DNA of 40,988 bases. It comes from a virus. Position 1 is the stretch's first letter. The number at the start of each line of letters is the position of its first letter. Below, one piece after another: positions 16,408-27,677 of this stretch. The translations under genes were made by a program, and so were the position numbers. Under the pieces are notes generated by a model. That model was not told the DNA's origin, searched no databases, and saw nothing but the letters and a program-made list of their open reading frames with translations. Where the stretch lies: UHGV virus genome UHGV-0200626. One strand, 5' to 3'.

Positions 16408-16673
16408 GTGATCGTGTCATTGAATGCGCCTCCAGAGCGGGGCGCGACTTCTCAGAGTTCATGAAAGGCGAGAAGGGCATGATGGAAGCATTGGCCTCGG
16501 TGGATGAGTTTGGCGAGCAGCTGCGCCTCAACGGCTGTGTCAATCATCACTTTGTTAGCTACATGATGCGGAACTCGATCATGCAGGCATTCATGGACAT
16601 GGCAAAAGCCGAGAGGAAAGAAGAGCGCCGGCGTAAGCGAGCGGAAGCAAAAGCAAAAGCAAAAGTGAAGTAG
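16404..16673 (+). CDS. Hypothetical protein with Lys/Ala-rich C-terminal tail
   Basis: 89 aa; ATGA overlap with the KilA-N gene; C-terminus ERKEERRRKRAEAKAKAKVK. Confidence 0.4.
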   Translation: MSDRVIECASRAGRDFSEFMKGEKGMMEALASVDEFGEQLRLNGCVNHHFVSYMMRNSIMQAFMDMAKAERKEERRRKRAEAKAKAKVK

Positions 16674-16967
16674 CCATTACAAAGCCTATCTACGGATGGG
16701 CTTGATAATGAAACCAAAATTTATTCTGGGTAACCAGTTACGGCAGTACAGCGAAACAAACCAAGCCAGAAAGTGGGGAAATAACACTGGCAGCCACTGA
16801 AAGATGAACCTCCTGCCTTATGGCAAAAAAGATTCTTTGTGGTGGCGGACTGATGGAAAGACATCGGTTATTGCAGAGATCATTCAATGAGTGGTCTCGA
16901 CAATGGCTTATACCCTACACGGGATAACTTAACAGATATCCCTTTTAACGGATAAACGGAGCCAACA

Positions 16968-17210
16968 ATGGCAGGGATTATTCCCATGACTGAAGAACAG
17001 AAATTCCAGTTAGAGATTTACAAACTGGTCATGAACCAGAACGCAGCCGCAGAGGAAGCATTTCAGTTCATTGGCACTGACGAACTGAAGCTTGAGCTAT
17101 TCAAAATTCACTTCCAGTCAGGCGGCGCTAATTCAGATATCACGATCCGCACATTTGAAGCGGTGCGTAAATCGAAGGAAGCGTTAGACCTGTTCACTAC
17201 CGGAGCATAA
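16968..17210 (+). CDS. Hypothetical 80 aa protein upstream of terminase
   Basis: Size and position match the small ORF that precedes gene 3 in P22-like phages (from memory). Confidence 0.4.
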   Translation: MAGIIPMTEEQKFQLEIYKLVMNQNAAAEEAFQFIGTDELKLELFKIHFQSGGANSDITIRTFEAVRKSKEALDLFTTGA

Positions 17211-17289
17211 ACATGGCAACTCAAGGTTTCGACAACCCATCCAAATTCCGCGATGAATGGGATAAGCAAGCAGAAGGGAAATAATCAAT

Positions 17290-17778
17290 ATGGCAGCACC
17301 AAAGGGCAACCGATTTTGGGAGGCCCGCAGTAGTCATGGGCGAAACCCTAAATTCGAATCGCCTGAGGCGCTGTGGGCTGCTTGTTGTGAATACTTCGAG
17401 TGGGCTGATGATAACCCGCTATGGGAGGGTAAGGTATTTTCATATCAGGGAGAAATAATTAAGGCTAATGTCCCTAAGATGCGAGCCATGACTATTTCAG
17501 GATTGTGTACCTTCCTTGATATAACCAGGCAAACATGGGGAACCTTCCGGTCAATGGAAGGTTTTTCTGACGTCACATCACGAGCGGAAGACATCATCTA
17601 CGACCAGAAATTCTCTGGCGCAGCCGCTGACCTTCTCAACGCTAACATCATCGCCCGTGATTTGGGCCTCAAAGAGCAGTCGCAAGTTGAAGACGTGACA
17701 CCTGATAAGGGAGATCGCGATAAGCGACGCTCTCGTATCAAGGAGCTATTCAACCGTGGAACTGGACGCGATTCTTGA
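17290..17778 (+). CDS. Terminase small subunit (P22 gp3-like)
   Basis: 162 aa directly upstream of and overlapping the large terminase; recalled as near-identical to P22 gp3. Confidence 0.6.
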   Translation: MAAPKGNRFWEARSSHGRNPKFESPEALWAACCEYFEWADDNPLWEGKVFSYQGEIIKANVPKMRAMTISGLCTFLDITRQTWGTFRSMEGFSDVTSRAEDIIYDQKFSGAAADLLNANIIARDLGLKEQSQVEDVTPDKGDRDKRRSRIKELFNRGTGRDS

Positions 17779-19252
17779 TAACCTGAGCGACGAAGAGCAA
17801 ATCGAATTGCTCGAGCTACTCGAAGAAGAAGAAAACTACCGGAACACACACCTGCTATATGAATTTACGCCATACAGCAAACAGCGTGAGTTCATCGACG
17901 CCGGGCATGACTATCCAGAGCGATGTTTTATGGCTGGTAACCAGCTTGGTAAGTCATTTACTGGTGCTGCTGAAGTCGCGTTTCACCTTACCGGGCGTTA
18001 TCCGGGCACAAAAGGCTATCCTGCTGATGGTAAATATGGCGGTGAGTGGAAAGGTAAGCGTTTCTATGAGCCTGTTGTCTTCTGGATTGGCGGCGAGACA
18101 AACGAGACGGTAACCAAAACGACTCAACGCATCCTGTGCGGTCGTATCGAAGAGAATGATGAACCTGGCTACGGTTCCATACCGAAAGAGGACATCATTA
18201 GCTGGAAGAAGTCTCCTTTCTTTCCGAACCTTGCTGATCACCTTCTGGTTAAGCATCACACGGCTGATGGCGTTGAAGATGGTATTTCAATCTGCTACTT
18301 CAAACCATACTCGCAAGGCCGTGCTCGCTGGCAGGGTGACACAATCCACGGTGTGTGGTTTGACGAAGAACCACCATACAGCATTTATGGCGAAGGGCTT
18401 ACCCGTACCAACAAATACGGGCAATTCTCAATTCTGACGTTTACCCCGCTGATGGGGATGTCTGACGTTGTTACCAAGTTCCTGAAGAATCCCAGCAAGT
18501 CGCAGAAAGTGGTCAACATGACCATCTATGACGCAGAGCACTACACCGACGAGCAGAAAGAGCAAATCATCGCATCCTATCCCGAGCATGAGAGAGAGGC
18601 GCGTGCTCGCGGTATTCCTACGATGGGTAGCGGTCGAATCTTCCAGATACCGGAAGAGACGATTAAGTGTCAGCCGTTCGAGTGTCCTGATCACTTCTAC
18701 GTCATCAATGCAATGGACTTCGGATGGGATCACCCACAGGCACATATCCAGCTTTGGTGGGATAAAGACGAGGACGTGATTTATCTTTCTCGCGTCTGGA
18801 AGGCCAAACAGAAGAAGGCGACAGAGGCATGGAGTGCTGTTAAAGCATGGAGCAAAAACACCCCTACGGCTTGGCCTCATGACGGGCATCAGCACGAAAA
18901 GGGAGGCGGCGCTCAGCTCAAGGAACAATACGCCGAAGCTGGGTTCGACATGTTGCCAGATCATGCAACATGGCCTGATGGAGGTAATGCGGTCGAACCC
19001 GGGATAGCAGAGATACGCGACATGATGCTCGACGGTCGTTTCAAGGTATTTAACACCTGCGAGCCATTCTTTGAAGAGTTTCGTCTGTATCACCGCGATG
19101 AGAACGGGAAGATCGTCAAGCTAAATGACGACATCCTTTCTGCTGTTCGCTATGGCTACATGATGAGGCGTTTTGCAATACAGATGCGAGACATCAAAGA
19201 TCCTAAAGAGATTGATTACTCAAGCTACAACATACCTTGCGGAGTTGGATGA
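17756..19252 (+). CDS. Terminase large subunit (P22 gp2-like)
   Basis: 498 aa; Walker A-like GNQLGKS near the N-terminus; position between small terminase and portal. Confidence 0.8.
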   Translation: MELDAILDNLSDEEQIELLELLEEEENYRNTHLLYEFTPYSKQREFIDAGHDYPERCFMAGNQLGKSFTGAAEVAFHLTGRYPGTKGYPADGKYGGEWKGKRFYEPVVFWIGGETNETVTKTTQRILCGRIEENDEPGYGSIPKEDIISWKKSPFFPNLADHLLVKHHTADGVEDGISICYFKPYSQGRARWQGDTIHGVWFDEEPPYSIYGEGLTRTNKYGQFSILTFTPLMGMSDVVTKFLKNPSKSQKVVNMTIYDAEHYTDEQKEQIIASYPEHEREARARGIPTMGSGRIFQIPEETIKCQPFECPDHFYVINAMDFGWDHPQAHIQLWWDKDEDVIYLSRVWKAKQKKATEAWSAVKAWSKNTPTAWPHDGHQHEKGGGAQLKEQYAEAGFDMLPDHATWPDGGNAVEPGIAEIRDMMLDGRFKVFNTCEPFFEEFRLYHRDENGKIVKLNDDILSAVRYGYMMRRFAIQMRDIKDPKEIDYSSYNIPCGVG

Positions 19253-21453
19253 TGGCTGATGATAGAAAGATGACTGACTGGCATCGCAAGGTGCTGTGCA
19301 ACTTTGATAATGCCTGGTCAGCAACGCAGGATATGCGTGAGCAGATTATTGAGGCTCAACGTTTCGTCCGGGTATCCGGCGCACAGTGGGAAGGCAGCAC
19401 AAACGCTGGTTACTCATTTGATGAAGGCAGGTTTGAGCATTATCCGCGCTTTGAACTGAATAAGATTGCCCGTGAATGTGATCGCATCATTGGCGAGTAT
19501 CGACAGAATCGCATAAGCGTTAAATTCAGGCCGAAGGACGATAAGGCATCGGAAGCGTTAGCCGAAAAGATGAACGGCAAATTCCGCGCTGACTATCAGG
19601 AAACATCCGGTGGCGAAGCGTGTGATAACGCATTTGATGATGCTGTAACGGGCGGATTCGGTTGTTTCCGCATGTGTGCCGATTACGAAGATGAAATGGA
19701 CCCAAGTAACGAGCAGCGACGCATCAGCCTTCTTCCTGTTTACGACCCAGCGACATGCGTCTTCTTCGATCAGGACAGCAAGCAATATGACCGCTCTGAT
19801 GCTATGTGGGCTATGGAAATGTTCTCCATGACGCCTAAAGCGTTCGAGGCTGAATACCCTGATTCCATCGCGGCAAGCCTTTCTCGTGATGACACTGGCA
19901 CTCAATATGACTGGTCAACGCCAGATGCCATCTATGTTGGTCGCTACTACGAAGTTCGCATAGAGAAGGTGAAGCTCACGGCATGGCGTAACCCTGTTAG
20001 CGGAGAAACGGCAATCTATGATGAAGAGCAAATCAAAGATATTGTCGACGAGCTGACCGATGGCGCATTCGAACTGATTGGTGAGCGGACAGTGAAGAAA
20101 CGCAGAGTTTATTGCGGTCTTCTGTCTGGCGCTGAATGGCTGGAAGAACCGAAGCGTATTCCGGGCGAACATATTCCTCTCATCCCGGTATATGGGCGTC
20201 GCTCATTTGTTGATAATCAGGAGCGAATAGAAGGCCACGCAGCAAAAGCGATGGATGCACAGCGTCTTGAGAACCTGATGGTTTCCATGATTGCAGATAA
20301 CGCTACTCAGGCTGGCGGTGATGGCATTCCTGTAGTTGATGTTGACATGATTCCTGGTCCTCTTGCCACTCATTGGGCGGAGCGCAACAAAAAGCGCCCG
20401 GCGTTCCTGCCGATGGTCAGTCTGAAAAACAAAAACGGAGATATTACTGCGCAGGCTCAGGTCAGCAGTTATACACCTCCGACACAAATGCCGCCAGCTC
20501 TTGCCGGGCTATTGCAGTACACCGGAACGGCTATTCAGCAAATTACAGGTGCGTCGCAGCTTGAGAACATGCCGAGCAACGTCGCCACCGATACCGTTGA
20601 TAGCATTTTTAACCGGATGGACACGCAGTCCTATATCTACATGGACAACATGGCTAAATCCATGCGTCGCGCTGGCGTTGTGTGGCTTTCTATGGCGCGT
20701 GAGGTCTATGGCAGTGATACGCCGATGCGTATCGTTAATGAGGACGGCAGCGATGACGTGGCGCTGATGACTGGTGAAGTGGTTGACCGTCAGACAGGGC
20801 AGGTTATCGCGCTTAACGACCTTTCGCAGGGTAACTATGAAGTGACTGTCGATGTTGGTCAGTCGTTCGCTACTCGCCGTGATGCAACGGTTAAGTCGTT
20901 ACTTTCCATGCTGGCACTTATCCCACCAGGAACGCCGAAGCACGACCTTGTATCGTCGATGATTCTCGACAATATGGATGGCGAAGGGATGGACGACCTT
21001 AAAGAATACAACCGCAATCAGTTGCTTCTGTCTGGAGTTATCAAGCCGAGAACACCAGAAGAACAGCAGATGGTTGAGCAGGCGAAACAACAACAGGCCA
21101 GTCAGCCAGATCCGGCTATGGTTGCAGCGCAAGGTCAGCTTCTTGCTGGTCAGGCTGAATTGCAGAAAGCGCAGAACGAACAGGCAGCCATTCAGGTTAA
21201 AGCATTCCAGGCACAGACTGATGCTCAGGTTGCAGCGGCAAATGTTGTGAAAATCCTCGCATCTGCCGATAGCCAGCAAAAATCTGATATCCGTGAGGCG
21301 CTGAAACTGCTCGGACAGTTCCAGCAACAGCAAGGAGATAATGCCCGTGCTGATGCAGAGCTTGTCCTGAAAAGTCAGGCACAGGGCCATGCGCAGCGCA
21401 TGGACATCAGCAGCATCCTGCAAAAATCAACTCAGCAACAACCACAGCAGTAA
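19249..21453 (+). CDS. Portal protein (P22 gp1-like)
   Basis: About 735 aa; C-terminal Gln/Ala-rich helical barrel region (QAELQKAQNEQAAIQVKAFQAQTDAQVAAA) as in P22 portal; ATG overlaps the terminase stop. Confidence 0.75.
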   Translation: MMADDRKMTDWHRKVLCNFDNAWSATQDMREQIIEAQRFVRVSGAQWEGSTNAGYSFDEGRFEHYPRFELNKIARECDRIIGEYRQNRISVKFRPKDDKASEALAEKMNGKFRADYQETSGGEACDNAFDDAVTGGFGCFRMCADYEDEMDPSNEQRRISLLPVYDPATCVFFDQDSKQYDRSDAMWAMEMFSMTPKAFEAEYPDSIAASLSRDDTGTQYDWSTPDAIYVGRYYEVRIEKVKLTAWRNPVSGETAIYDEEQIKDIVDELTDGAFELIGERTVKKRRVYCGLLSGAEWLEEPKRIPGEHIPLIPVYGRRSFVDNQERIEGHAAKAMDAQRLENLMVSMIADNATQAGGDGIPVVDVDMIPGPLATHWAERNKKRPAFLPMVSLKNKNGDITAQAQVSSYTPPTQMPPALAGLLQYTGTAIQQITGASQLENMPSNVATDTVDSIFNRMDTQSYIYMDNMAKSMRRAGVVWLSMAREVYGSDTPMRIVNEDGSDDVALMTGEVVDRQTGQVIALNDLSQGNYEVTVDVGQSFATRRDATVKSLLSMLALIPPGTPKHDLVSSMILDNMDGEGMDDLKEYNRNQLLLSGVIKPRTPEEQQMVEQAKQQQASQPDPAMVAAQGQLLAGQAELQKAQNEQAAIQVKAFQAQTDAQVAAANVVKILASADSQQKSDIREALKLLGQFQQQQGDNARADAELVLKSQAQGHAQRMDISSILQKSTQQQPQQ

Positions 21454-21543
21454 TTAACCAATAACGTGCAATGGCTGTCTTTATGAGGCCTGGCACCCTA
21501 TTGCCTTCCGATGGGCTGAACATCGAGTAAACAGGGGTAACAA

Positions 21544-22440
21544 ATGGAACAGATGGCAGAAAACACACCAGAAGTTGAAATCGAAACCGACGCGTCAGAG
21601 CAGATTCATGATGATGTCGAACTGGCTGAAGAAGTCGAAACAGAAGATGGCAGTGAGTCCTCTGGCAATGATGCAGAGGAAGCTACTGAAACTGATGACG
21701 ACGAATCAGAACAGGAATTCTACTTTGGTGACGAAAAGCTGGATTCGCCAACCAGCGAAGATAGCGCAGAGCATGGACTGGTAAAACACCTGCGCAAGAC
21801 GATTAAAGAGAAAGACCGCGAGCTGAAAGAGCTGATGCGTCAGTCTCAGAAACCCGTCGAGCAGCAGCCGGTAATCACTCAACCACCGCGAATGCCAAAA
21901 CTGGATGATGAGGACATCGGTTTCGATGAAGAAATCTATCAGCAACGCATGACTAAGTGGGCAGAGGATAACGGCAAGTACCAGCAACAGGAGATGGCTC
22001 GCAAGCAGAAGGAGCAGGAGCTTCAGGCTGCCTATCAAGAGCGATTATCCAAATATCAGCAACGTGTTAAGGCTCTCAAAGTTCCTGGCTATCAGGAAGC
22101 TGAGCAGGCCGTACTCGAGGAAATCCCCATCGAGACACAAAACGCGATCCTGTTTGAGTCAGAGAAGCCGGAAATCGTTGTTCTGGCGCTCGGTCGCAAC
22201 GCTGAACTGCGCAAGCAACTGGCAGAAGCTACCAACCCCGTAGCAATTGGTCGTCTGCTGGAACGTATCGAATCGAAGGCCAGAATCATGCCAAAAGCCA
22301 AAACAACCGCCGCCACCACCCCGAAAGTGAAGGGAGGGAACGGCGCTGCAATTAATAACCTCGATAAATTGCGCGAAAAAGCAGAGCAATCTGGTGATTA
22401 CACCGCCTACCTTGCCGCAAAACGCAAAGCTAAAAAATAA
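21544..22440 (+). CDS. Scaffolding protein (P22 gp8-like)
   Basis: 298 aa, highly acidic N-terminus, basic C-terminal end (AYLAAKRKAKK); sits between portal and coat. Confidence 0.6.
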   Translation: MEQMAENTPEVEIETDASEQIHDDVELAEEVETEDGSESSGNDAEEATETDDDESEQEFYFGDEKLDSPTSEDSAEHGLVKHLRKTIKEKDRELKELMRQSQKPVEQQPVITQPPRMPKLDDEDIGFDEEIYQQRMTKWAEDNGKYQQQEMARKQKEQELQAAYQERLSKYQQRVKALKVPGYQEAEQAVLEEIPIETQNAILFESEKPEIVVLALGRNAELRKQLAEATNPVAIGRLLERIESKARIMPKAKTTAATTPKVKGGNGAAINNLDKLREKAEQSGDYTAYLAAKRKAKK

Positions 22441-22458
22441 TCCATCGGAGCATTAAGC

Positions 22459-23718
22459 ATGGCTAACCAGTTAACGAAAGACCTTGAAATCCTCTTTGAA
22501 AACGTCATTGACGGGTTTGAAGCATCAAATGTAGTGTCCCGTGAGTGCAGCAAGTTCCGCCCGGGTGACACTGAAATGCAGCGCGCAGGCGACGTTGTTT
22601 ATCGTCCTCAGGGCTACCACCTGAAAACCGTGAGCGGACTTGATCTGACTGCGGCGACTGCAAACTCACCCGTTCAGCGTCAGGTACCTGCGCGTTTCCG
22701 CGAGCCAGAGAACGTTATCTATGAGCTGGACGCAAAAGAAATGCGCGATCCGTGGCACAAAGAGCAGGCCGGCAAGGCGGCGGGTCGCCAGTTGTCGGCG
22801 TGGGTTGATAATCTGATCGTCGATGAGGTGGCCGCTCGCGCCACCAACATGGTCACCATTGGCTCAGCGTCCACCGGCAACACTCTCGGCGAAGATCTCT
22901 GGAACGCATCCGCAGGCATTGACGCTATGATGCTCTCCATTGGTGTGCCTCAGGGCGGTCAACGCAAGGCGTTCTACAACCCGTTCAACTATAAAGACCT
23001 GGCTAAGGAGCTTGGCTCTCGTGCATATGCGGTCGGTGCAACGCTGACAGCGTATGAGAAAGCTCAGATCCCACCAGTAGCATCCTTTGACAGTTTCCGC
23101 GTTGATTATGCTGGCGCGCTGAAAGCTGGTTCTGCCACTGCAGTAACTCTGGGCGGCGCAGTAGCGCACAAAGTTACCGCGATGGATTCCAACGGTGCGC
23201 CTACCGATAACCGCCAGGGTGATATCACCGTATCTACGGCTGGCGTACTGGCTGTCGGTGATGCATTCACTATCGCAGGCGTTAACAGTGTCCACATGAT
23301 TAAGAAAGTGGATACTGGTCAGTTGCAGGTATTCCGCGTTCTGGCGGTTTCCGGTACTACCGTGACAATCAGCCCGAAAATTCTGCCTCCGAACAACGCT
23401 GATGCACCTTCCATCCCTTACCAGAACGTTACCGCCAATCCGGCAAATAACGCGGCGATCACCATCCTCAACAAGAAGGCTGCGGCTTCCAACATCTTCT
23501 TCGCTGAGGGCTCTGTTGAGCTGATGTACGGCAAGCTGGCATTCCCGACCGGCCAAGGCCCGCAGGTAATGACTGCAACGACTGAGCAGGGCGCAACCAT
23601 CATCATGGCATACCAGTTCGATGCCAAAGCCGGTAAGACGTGGACGCGCTTTACCACTCTGGCGGGGGCAAGCGTACTGGTCCCGGAATTCACCGGCCTA
23701 GTACTGGCCAACCAGTAA
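22459..23718 (+). CDS. Major coat protein (P22 gp5-like)
   Basis: 419 aa, followed by a strong terminator; position and size match P22-like coat. Confidence 0.7.
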   Translation: MANQLTKDLEILFENVIDGFEASNVVSRECSKFRPGDTEMQRAGDVVYRPQGYHLKTVSGLDLTAATANSPVQRQVPARFREPENVIYELDAKEMRDPWHKEQAGKAAGRQLSAWVDNLIVDEVAARATNMVTIGSASTGNTLGEDLWNASAGIDAMMLSIGVPQGGQRKAFYNPFNYKDLAKELGSRAYAVGATLTAYEKAQIPPVASFDSFRVDYAGALKAGSATAVTLGGAVAHKVTAMDSNGAPTDNRQGDITVSTAGVLAVGDAFTIAGVNSVHMIKKVDTGQLQVFRVLAVSGTTVTISPKILPPNNADAPSIPYQNVTANPANNAAITILNKKAAASNIFFAEGSVELMYGKLAFPTGQGPQVMTATTEQGATIIMAYQFDAKAGKTWTRFTTLAGASVLVPEFTGLVLANQ

Positions 23719-23721
23719 TCA

Positions 23722-23746
23722 AAGGGGCTTCGGCCCCATTTTTATT
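23722..23746 (+). terminator. Intrinsic terminator after the coat gene
   Basis: GGGGC-ttcg-GCCCC (UUCG tetraloop) followed by ATTTTTATT. Confidence 0.7.
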
Positions 23747-23757
23747 GGGAGAAGACA

Positions 23758-23946
23758 ATGGCACGAACAATGCTCTATAAGCCGGGCAACATGATCACCT
23801 GTGGTCAGCTTGCTGTCGATTACATCATTGTTGATGACGAAGAAGTTAAATCTCACCTGAAAAAAGGCTGGGTAAAAACTCCTGAAGAAACCGCAACGAA
23901 GCAAAAAGTGGCTAAGGCGGAAGAAGATGGCGAAAACGAAGGGTGA
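23758..23946 (+). CDS. Hypothetical small protein
   Basis: 62 aa ORF between the coat terminator and the gp4-like gene. Confidence 0.4.
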   Translation: MARTMLYKPGNMITCGQLAVDYIIVDDEEVKSHLKKGWVKTPEETATKQKVAKAEEDGENEG

Positions 23947-24388
23947 TCTCGTTCTTAAGGCTTTACGAAAAGCCGGGCTGTATTCCAATGCCACGTTGAC
24001 AGATGCCGACCCTCAGGCAATTGAAGATGCCATTAATGACCTCGAAGACATGATGGCAGCATGGCAGGCGAAAGGTATCGAGCTTGGATATCAGTTTGCG
24101 GATACAGAAAACGGCATCATGCCGTTACCTGACGATGATTCAGGTATCCCTGCATGGGCAAATGATGGCGTCGCTTTGAAACTCGCTGTGCAAGTGTGCA
24201 TGGATAACGTCATTCAGCCGTCAGACGCTCTCCTTACCGCTGCTGACAGTGCATATCAGACAATCTGCATCGCTTTAACCAAAATACCACCACTTGAGCG
24301 GCGAAATGACATGCCTCGCGGTAGTGGTAACAAAAGCGCGTTTACGTGGAATCGGTTTTACATCGAGAAAGATGATCCGAGTACGTGA
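23927..24388 (+). CDS. Tail accessory / head completion protein (P22 gp4-like)
   Basis: N-terminus KTKGDLVLKALRKAGLYSNATLTDADPQAIEDAINDLEDMMAAWQ resembles P22 gp4 from memory. Confidence 0.6.
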   Translation: MAKTKGDLVLKALRKAGLYSNATLTDADPQAIEDAINDLEDMMAAWQAKGIELGYQFADTENGIMPLPDDDSGIPAWANDGVALKLAVQVCMDNVIQPSDALLTAADSAYQTICIALTKIPPLERRNDMPRGSGNKSAFTWNRFYIEKDDPST

Positions 24389-24397
24389 GGTGAATAA

Positions 24398-25816
24398 ATG
24401 CCGATTCAGCAACTTCCTCTTATGAAAGGTGTCGGCAAAGACTTCCGAAACGCCGACTATATCGACTATCTGCCAGTGAATATGCTGGCTACACCCAAAG
24501 AAATCCTGAACAGCAGCGGATATCTTCGCTCATTCCCTGGCATTGCCAAACGCTCTGATGTGAACGGCGTATCGCGGGGCGTCGAGTACAACATGGCGCA
24601 GAGTGCTGTTTATCGCGTGTGTGGTGGGAAGCTCTACAAAGGCGAAAGCGAAGTCGGTGACGTCGCCGGAAGTGGTCGTGTATCAATGGCGCATGGTCGA
24701 ACATCACAGGCGGTAGGCGTTAACGGGCAACTGGTCGAATACCGCTATGATGGCACGGTTAAAACCGTCTCAAACTGGCCTGCAGACAGCGGGTTTACGC
24801 AGTATGAGTTAGGTTCGGTTCGTGATATTACGCGCTTACGTGGGCGTTATGCGTGGTCAAAAGACGGAACTGATTCATGGTTCATCACTGACCTTGAAGA
24901 CGAATCGCATCCTGACCGTTACAGCGCACAATATCGCGCAGAATCGCAGCCTGACGGCATCATCGGCATAGGAACATGGCGAGACTTCATCGTCTGCTTT
25001 GGTTCATCGACGATTGAATATTTTTCCCTGACAGGTGCAACCACCGTTGGTGCCGCTTTGTATGTTGCACAACCATCGCTGATGGTGCAGAAAGGCATCG
25101 CCGGGACTTACTGCAAAACGCCATTCGCTGATTCTTATGCGTTCATCAGCAATCCGGCAACAGGTGCGCCGTCTGTGTATATCATCGGCTCCGGTCAGGT
25201 ATCACCAATCGCCAGCGCGAGCATTGAGAAAATACTACGCTCCTACACTGCTGATGAACTGGCTGATGGCGTGATGGAATCGTTGCGGTTTGATGCTCAT
25301 GAGTTGCTGATTATTCACCTGCCGCGCCATGTTCTTGTTTACGACGCATCTTCAAGCGCCAATGGTCCGCAATGGTGTGTGTTGAAAACAGGCCTGTATG
25401 ACGATGTGTACCGCGCTATCGACTTCATTTACGAAGGCAATCAGATAACGTGCGGCGATAAGCTGGAATCTGTTACCGGGAAACTGCAATTCGACATCAG
25501 CAGCCAGTACGACAAGCAACAGGAACACCTGTTGTTTACACCACTCTTCAAAGCTGAGAACGCCAGATGTTTTGATCTGGAAGTTGAATCATCGACGGGT
25601 GTCGCTCAGTACGCTGACCGCCTATTCCTCTCTGCAACCACTGACGGAATCAATTACGGGCGTGAGCAGATGATTGAGCAGAATGAACCGTTCGTTTACG
25701 ACAAACGCGTTTTGTGGAAGCGTGTCGGGCGAATCAGGAAAAATGTCGGCTTCAAATTGCGCGTTATCACGAAGTCACCTGTCACTCTGTCTGGTGCTCA
25801 GATAAGGATTGAGTAA
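24398..25816 (+). CDS. Tail accessory protein (P22 gp10-like)
   Basis: 472 aa, same length as P22 gp10, in the conserved position. Confidence 0.6.
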   Translation: MPIQQLPLMKGVGKDFRNADYIDYLPVNMLATPKEILNSSGYLRSFPGIAKRSDVNGVSRGVEYNMAQSAVYRVCGGKLYKGESEVGDVAGSGRVSMAHGRTSQAVGVNGQLVEYRYDGTVKTVSNWPADSGFTQYELGSVRDITRLRGRYAWSKDGTDSWFITDLEDESHPDRYSAQYRAESQPDGIIGIGTWRDFIVCFGSSTIEYFSLTGATTVGAALYVAQPSLMVQKGIAGTYCKTPFADSYAFISNPATGAPSVYIIGSGQVSPIASASIEKILRSYTADELADGVMESLRFDAHELLIIHLPRHVLVYDASSSANGPQWCVLKTGLYDDVYRAIDFIYEGNQITCGDKLESVTGKLQFDISSQYDKQQEHLLFTPLFKAENARCFDLEVESSTGVAQYADRLFLSATTDGINYGREQMIEQNEPFVYDKRVLWKRVGRIRKNVGFKLRVITKSPVTLSGAQIRIE

Positions 25817-26517
25817 TGGCTGATTCGAATCTCAACACCCCTGTTATTGTGCAGGCTACGCGCCTTGATGCTTCAATTTTGCCACGCAATATCTTCTCGC
25901 AGTCGTATCTGCTGTACGTTCTCGCGCAAGGTACTGATGTTGGTAACGTGGCTAACAAGGCCAACGAGGCCGGACAGGGCGCTTATGATGCACAGGTCAG
26001 GAACGATGAGCAGGATGTTATTCTGGTCGATCACGAAGAAAGAATTCGTCAGCTCCGCATCGACGTAGACGACCATGAAATCCGTATTACTGCAAATACC
26101 AATGCAATCGCGTCGCTGGATGTCAGACTAACCACGGCTGAAGGAGAAATAGTCACCTTACAGGCTGACGTCAGCGCTCTTGATGGCCGGGTTACGACTG
26201 CTGAGAGCAACATTTCTGCATTACAGGACGACTATGTATCGAAAACAGCCACTGCAACACAATCGCTGGCATCTCCCCTCAATGTAACAACATCCTATTC
26301 GGTCGGCGGCACCAAGGTTATTGGTGCTCGTCAGACAGGGTGGACAGCGGCTACAGGTACGGCTCTTCTCGGCTCATTCAACGCTAACCAGACATACACG
26401 GTAAGTGCCACATACACACGGTCTGAGGTGTCGGCTATGGCTACAGGATTGCAGCAGGCGCGGCAGCGTATCAAAGCTCTGGAAGATGCATTACGGACTC
26501 ATGGGTTGATTGACTGA
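25816..26517 (+). CDS. Tail needle (P22 gp26-like)
   Basis: 233 aa; N-terminus [35 protein letters not shown] and C-terminus [11 protein letters not shown] match P22 gp26 from memory. Confidence 0.75.
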   Translation: MADSNLNTPVIVQATRLDASILPRNIFSQSYLLYVLAQGTDVGNVANKANEAGQGAYDAQVRNDEQDVILVDHEERIRQLRIDVDDHEIRITANTNAIASLDVRLTTAEGEIVTLQADVSALDGRVTTAESNISALQDDYVSKTATATQSLASPLNVTTSYSVGGTKVIGARQTGWTAATGTALLGSFNANQTYTVSATYTRSEVSAMATGLQQARQRIKALEDALRTHGLID

Positions 26518-26972
26518 TGATTACATTCAAACCAACGCGAAACATCGACCTGATAGAAGCAGTAGGAAATCACCCTGACATTATCGCCGGGAGCAACAAC
26601 GGTGATGGATACGACTACAAACCTGAATGCCGTTACTTTGAGGTGAACGTGCACGGGCAGTTTGGCGGCATTGTTTACTATCAGGAGATTCAACCGCAGA
26701 CATTCGATTGCCACGCCATGTACCTGCCAGAGGTTCGTGGATTCAGCAAGGAAATCGGACTGGCGTTCTGGCGATACATTCTGACTAACACCACCGTTCA
26801 GTGCGTCACATCGTTCGCCGCACGCAAATTCCGCCACGGGCAGATGTACTGCGCAATGATTGGCCTTAAGCGTGTCGGAACCATCAAGAAATACTTTAAA
26901 GGCGTGGATGACGTGACTTTTTACAGCGCCACACGCGAAGAACTAATCGACTTCCTGAATCACGGGAGATAG
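26517..26972 (+). CDS. Ejection/assembly protein (P22 gp14-like position)
   Basis: 151 aa; assigned by synteny only. Confidence 0.4.
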   Translation: MITFKPTRNIDLIEAVGNHPDIIAGSNNGDGYDYKPECRYFEVNVHGQFGGIVYYQEIQPQTFDCHAMYLPEVRGFSKEIGLAFWRYILTNTTVQCVTSFAARKFRHGQMYCAMIGLKRVGTIKKYFKGVDDVTFYSATREELIDFLNHGR

Positions 26973-26974
26973 CC

Positions 26975-27667
26975 ATGTTATATGCATTTAAGCTGGGCAG
27001 AAAACTGCGCGGCGAGGAACCTTATTGCCCTGAAAAGGGTGGGAAAGGTGGCAGTTCTGATAAAAGCGCAAAGTATGCCGCAGAAGCTCAGAAGTATGCA
27101 GCAGACCTGCAAAATCAGCAGTTCAACACCATCATGAATAACCTGAAGCCGTTTACTCCTCTGGCTGATAAGTATGTCGGCAGCCTCGAGAACTTATCGT
27201 CTCTGGAGGGGCAAGGTCAGGCGCTAAACCAGTATTACAACTCTCAGCAGTACAAAGATCTTGCTGGTCAGGCTCGCTATCAGAGTCTGGCGGCAGCGGA
27301 AGCAACAGGTGGATTGGGTTCCACTGCAACCGGTAATCAGTTAGCAACAATCGCACCAACGCTTGGTCAGCAGTGGCTGTCTGGTCAGATGAACAACTAC
27401 CAGAATCTGGCAAACATAGGTCTTGGCGCACTGCAAGGTCAGGCAAACGCCGGGCAGACATATGCCAACAACATGAGTCAGATTTCGCAGCAAAGTGCGG
27501 CTCTTGCAGCGGCAAATGCCAACAGACCATCAGCAATGCAATCTGCTATTGGCGGAGGTGCGTCTGGTGCTATTGCTGGGGCCAGACTTGCGAAATTAAT
27601 TGGTTCATCAACTCCGTGGGGGGCTGCGATCGGCGGCGGTCTTGGTCTGCTTGGCTCGTTGTTTTAA
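26975..27667 (+). CDS. Ejection protein (P22 gp7-like)
   Basis: 230 aa, Gln/Ala/Gly-rich with a hydrophobic Gly-rich C-terminus; synteny. Confidence 0.5.
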   Translation: MLYAFKLGRKLRGEEPYCPEKGGKGGSSDKSAKYAAEAQKYAADLQNQQFNTIMNNLKPFTPLADKYVGSLENLSSLEGQGQALNQYYNSQQYKDLAGQARYQSLAAAEATGGLGSTATGNQLATIAPTLGQQWLSGQMNNYQNLANIGLGALQGQANAGQTYANNMSQISQQSAALAAANANRPSAMQSAIGGGASGAIAGARLAKLIGSSTPWGAAIGGGLGLLGSLF

Positions 27668-27677
27668 GGGGTAATCA

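Noticed and set aside
16640-16670. GCAAAA x3 tandem repeat
   Set aside because: It lies within the coding sequence and simply encodes the AKAKAK tail of the 89 aa protein.
15700-17290. Lambda-type cos site between the lysis genes and terminase
   Set aside because: No cos-like sequence recognised; the P22-like terminase implies headful packaging with pac inside the small terminase gene, which I could not pinpoint.
17954-23711. Long minus-strand ORFs inside terminase, portal and coat genes (e.g. 18428..19093, 20899..21423, 22864..23556, 23418..23711)
   Set aside because: Antisense shadow ORFs within strongly supported structural genes; Cys/Arg-rich odd composition and no RBS context.
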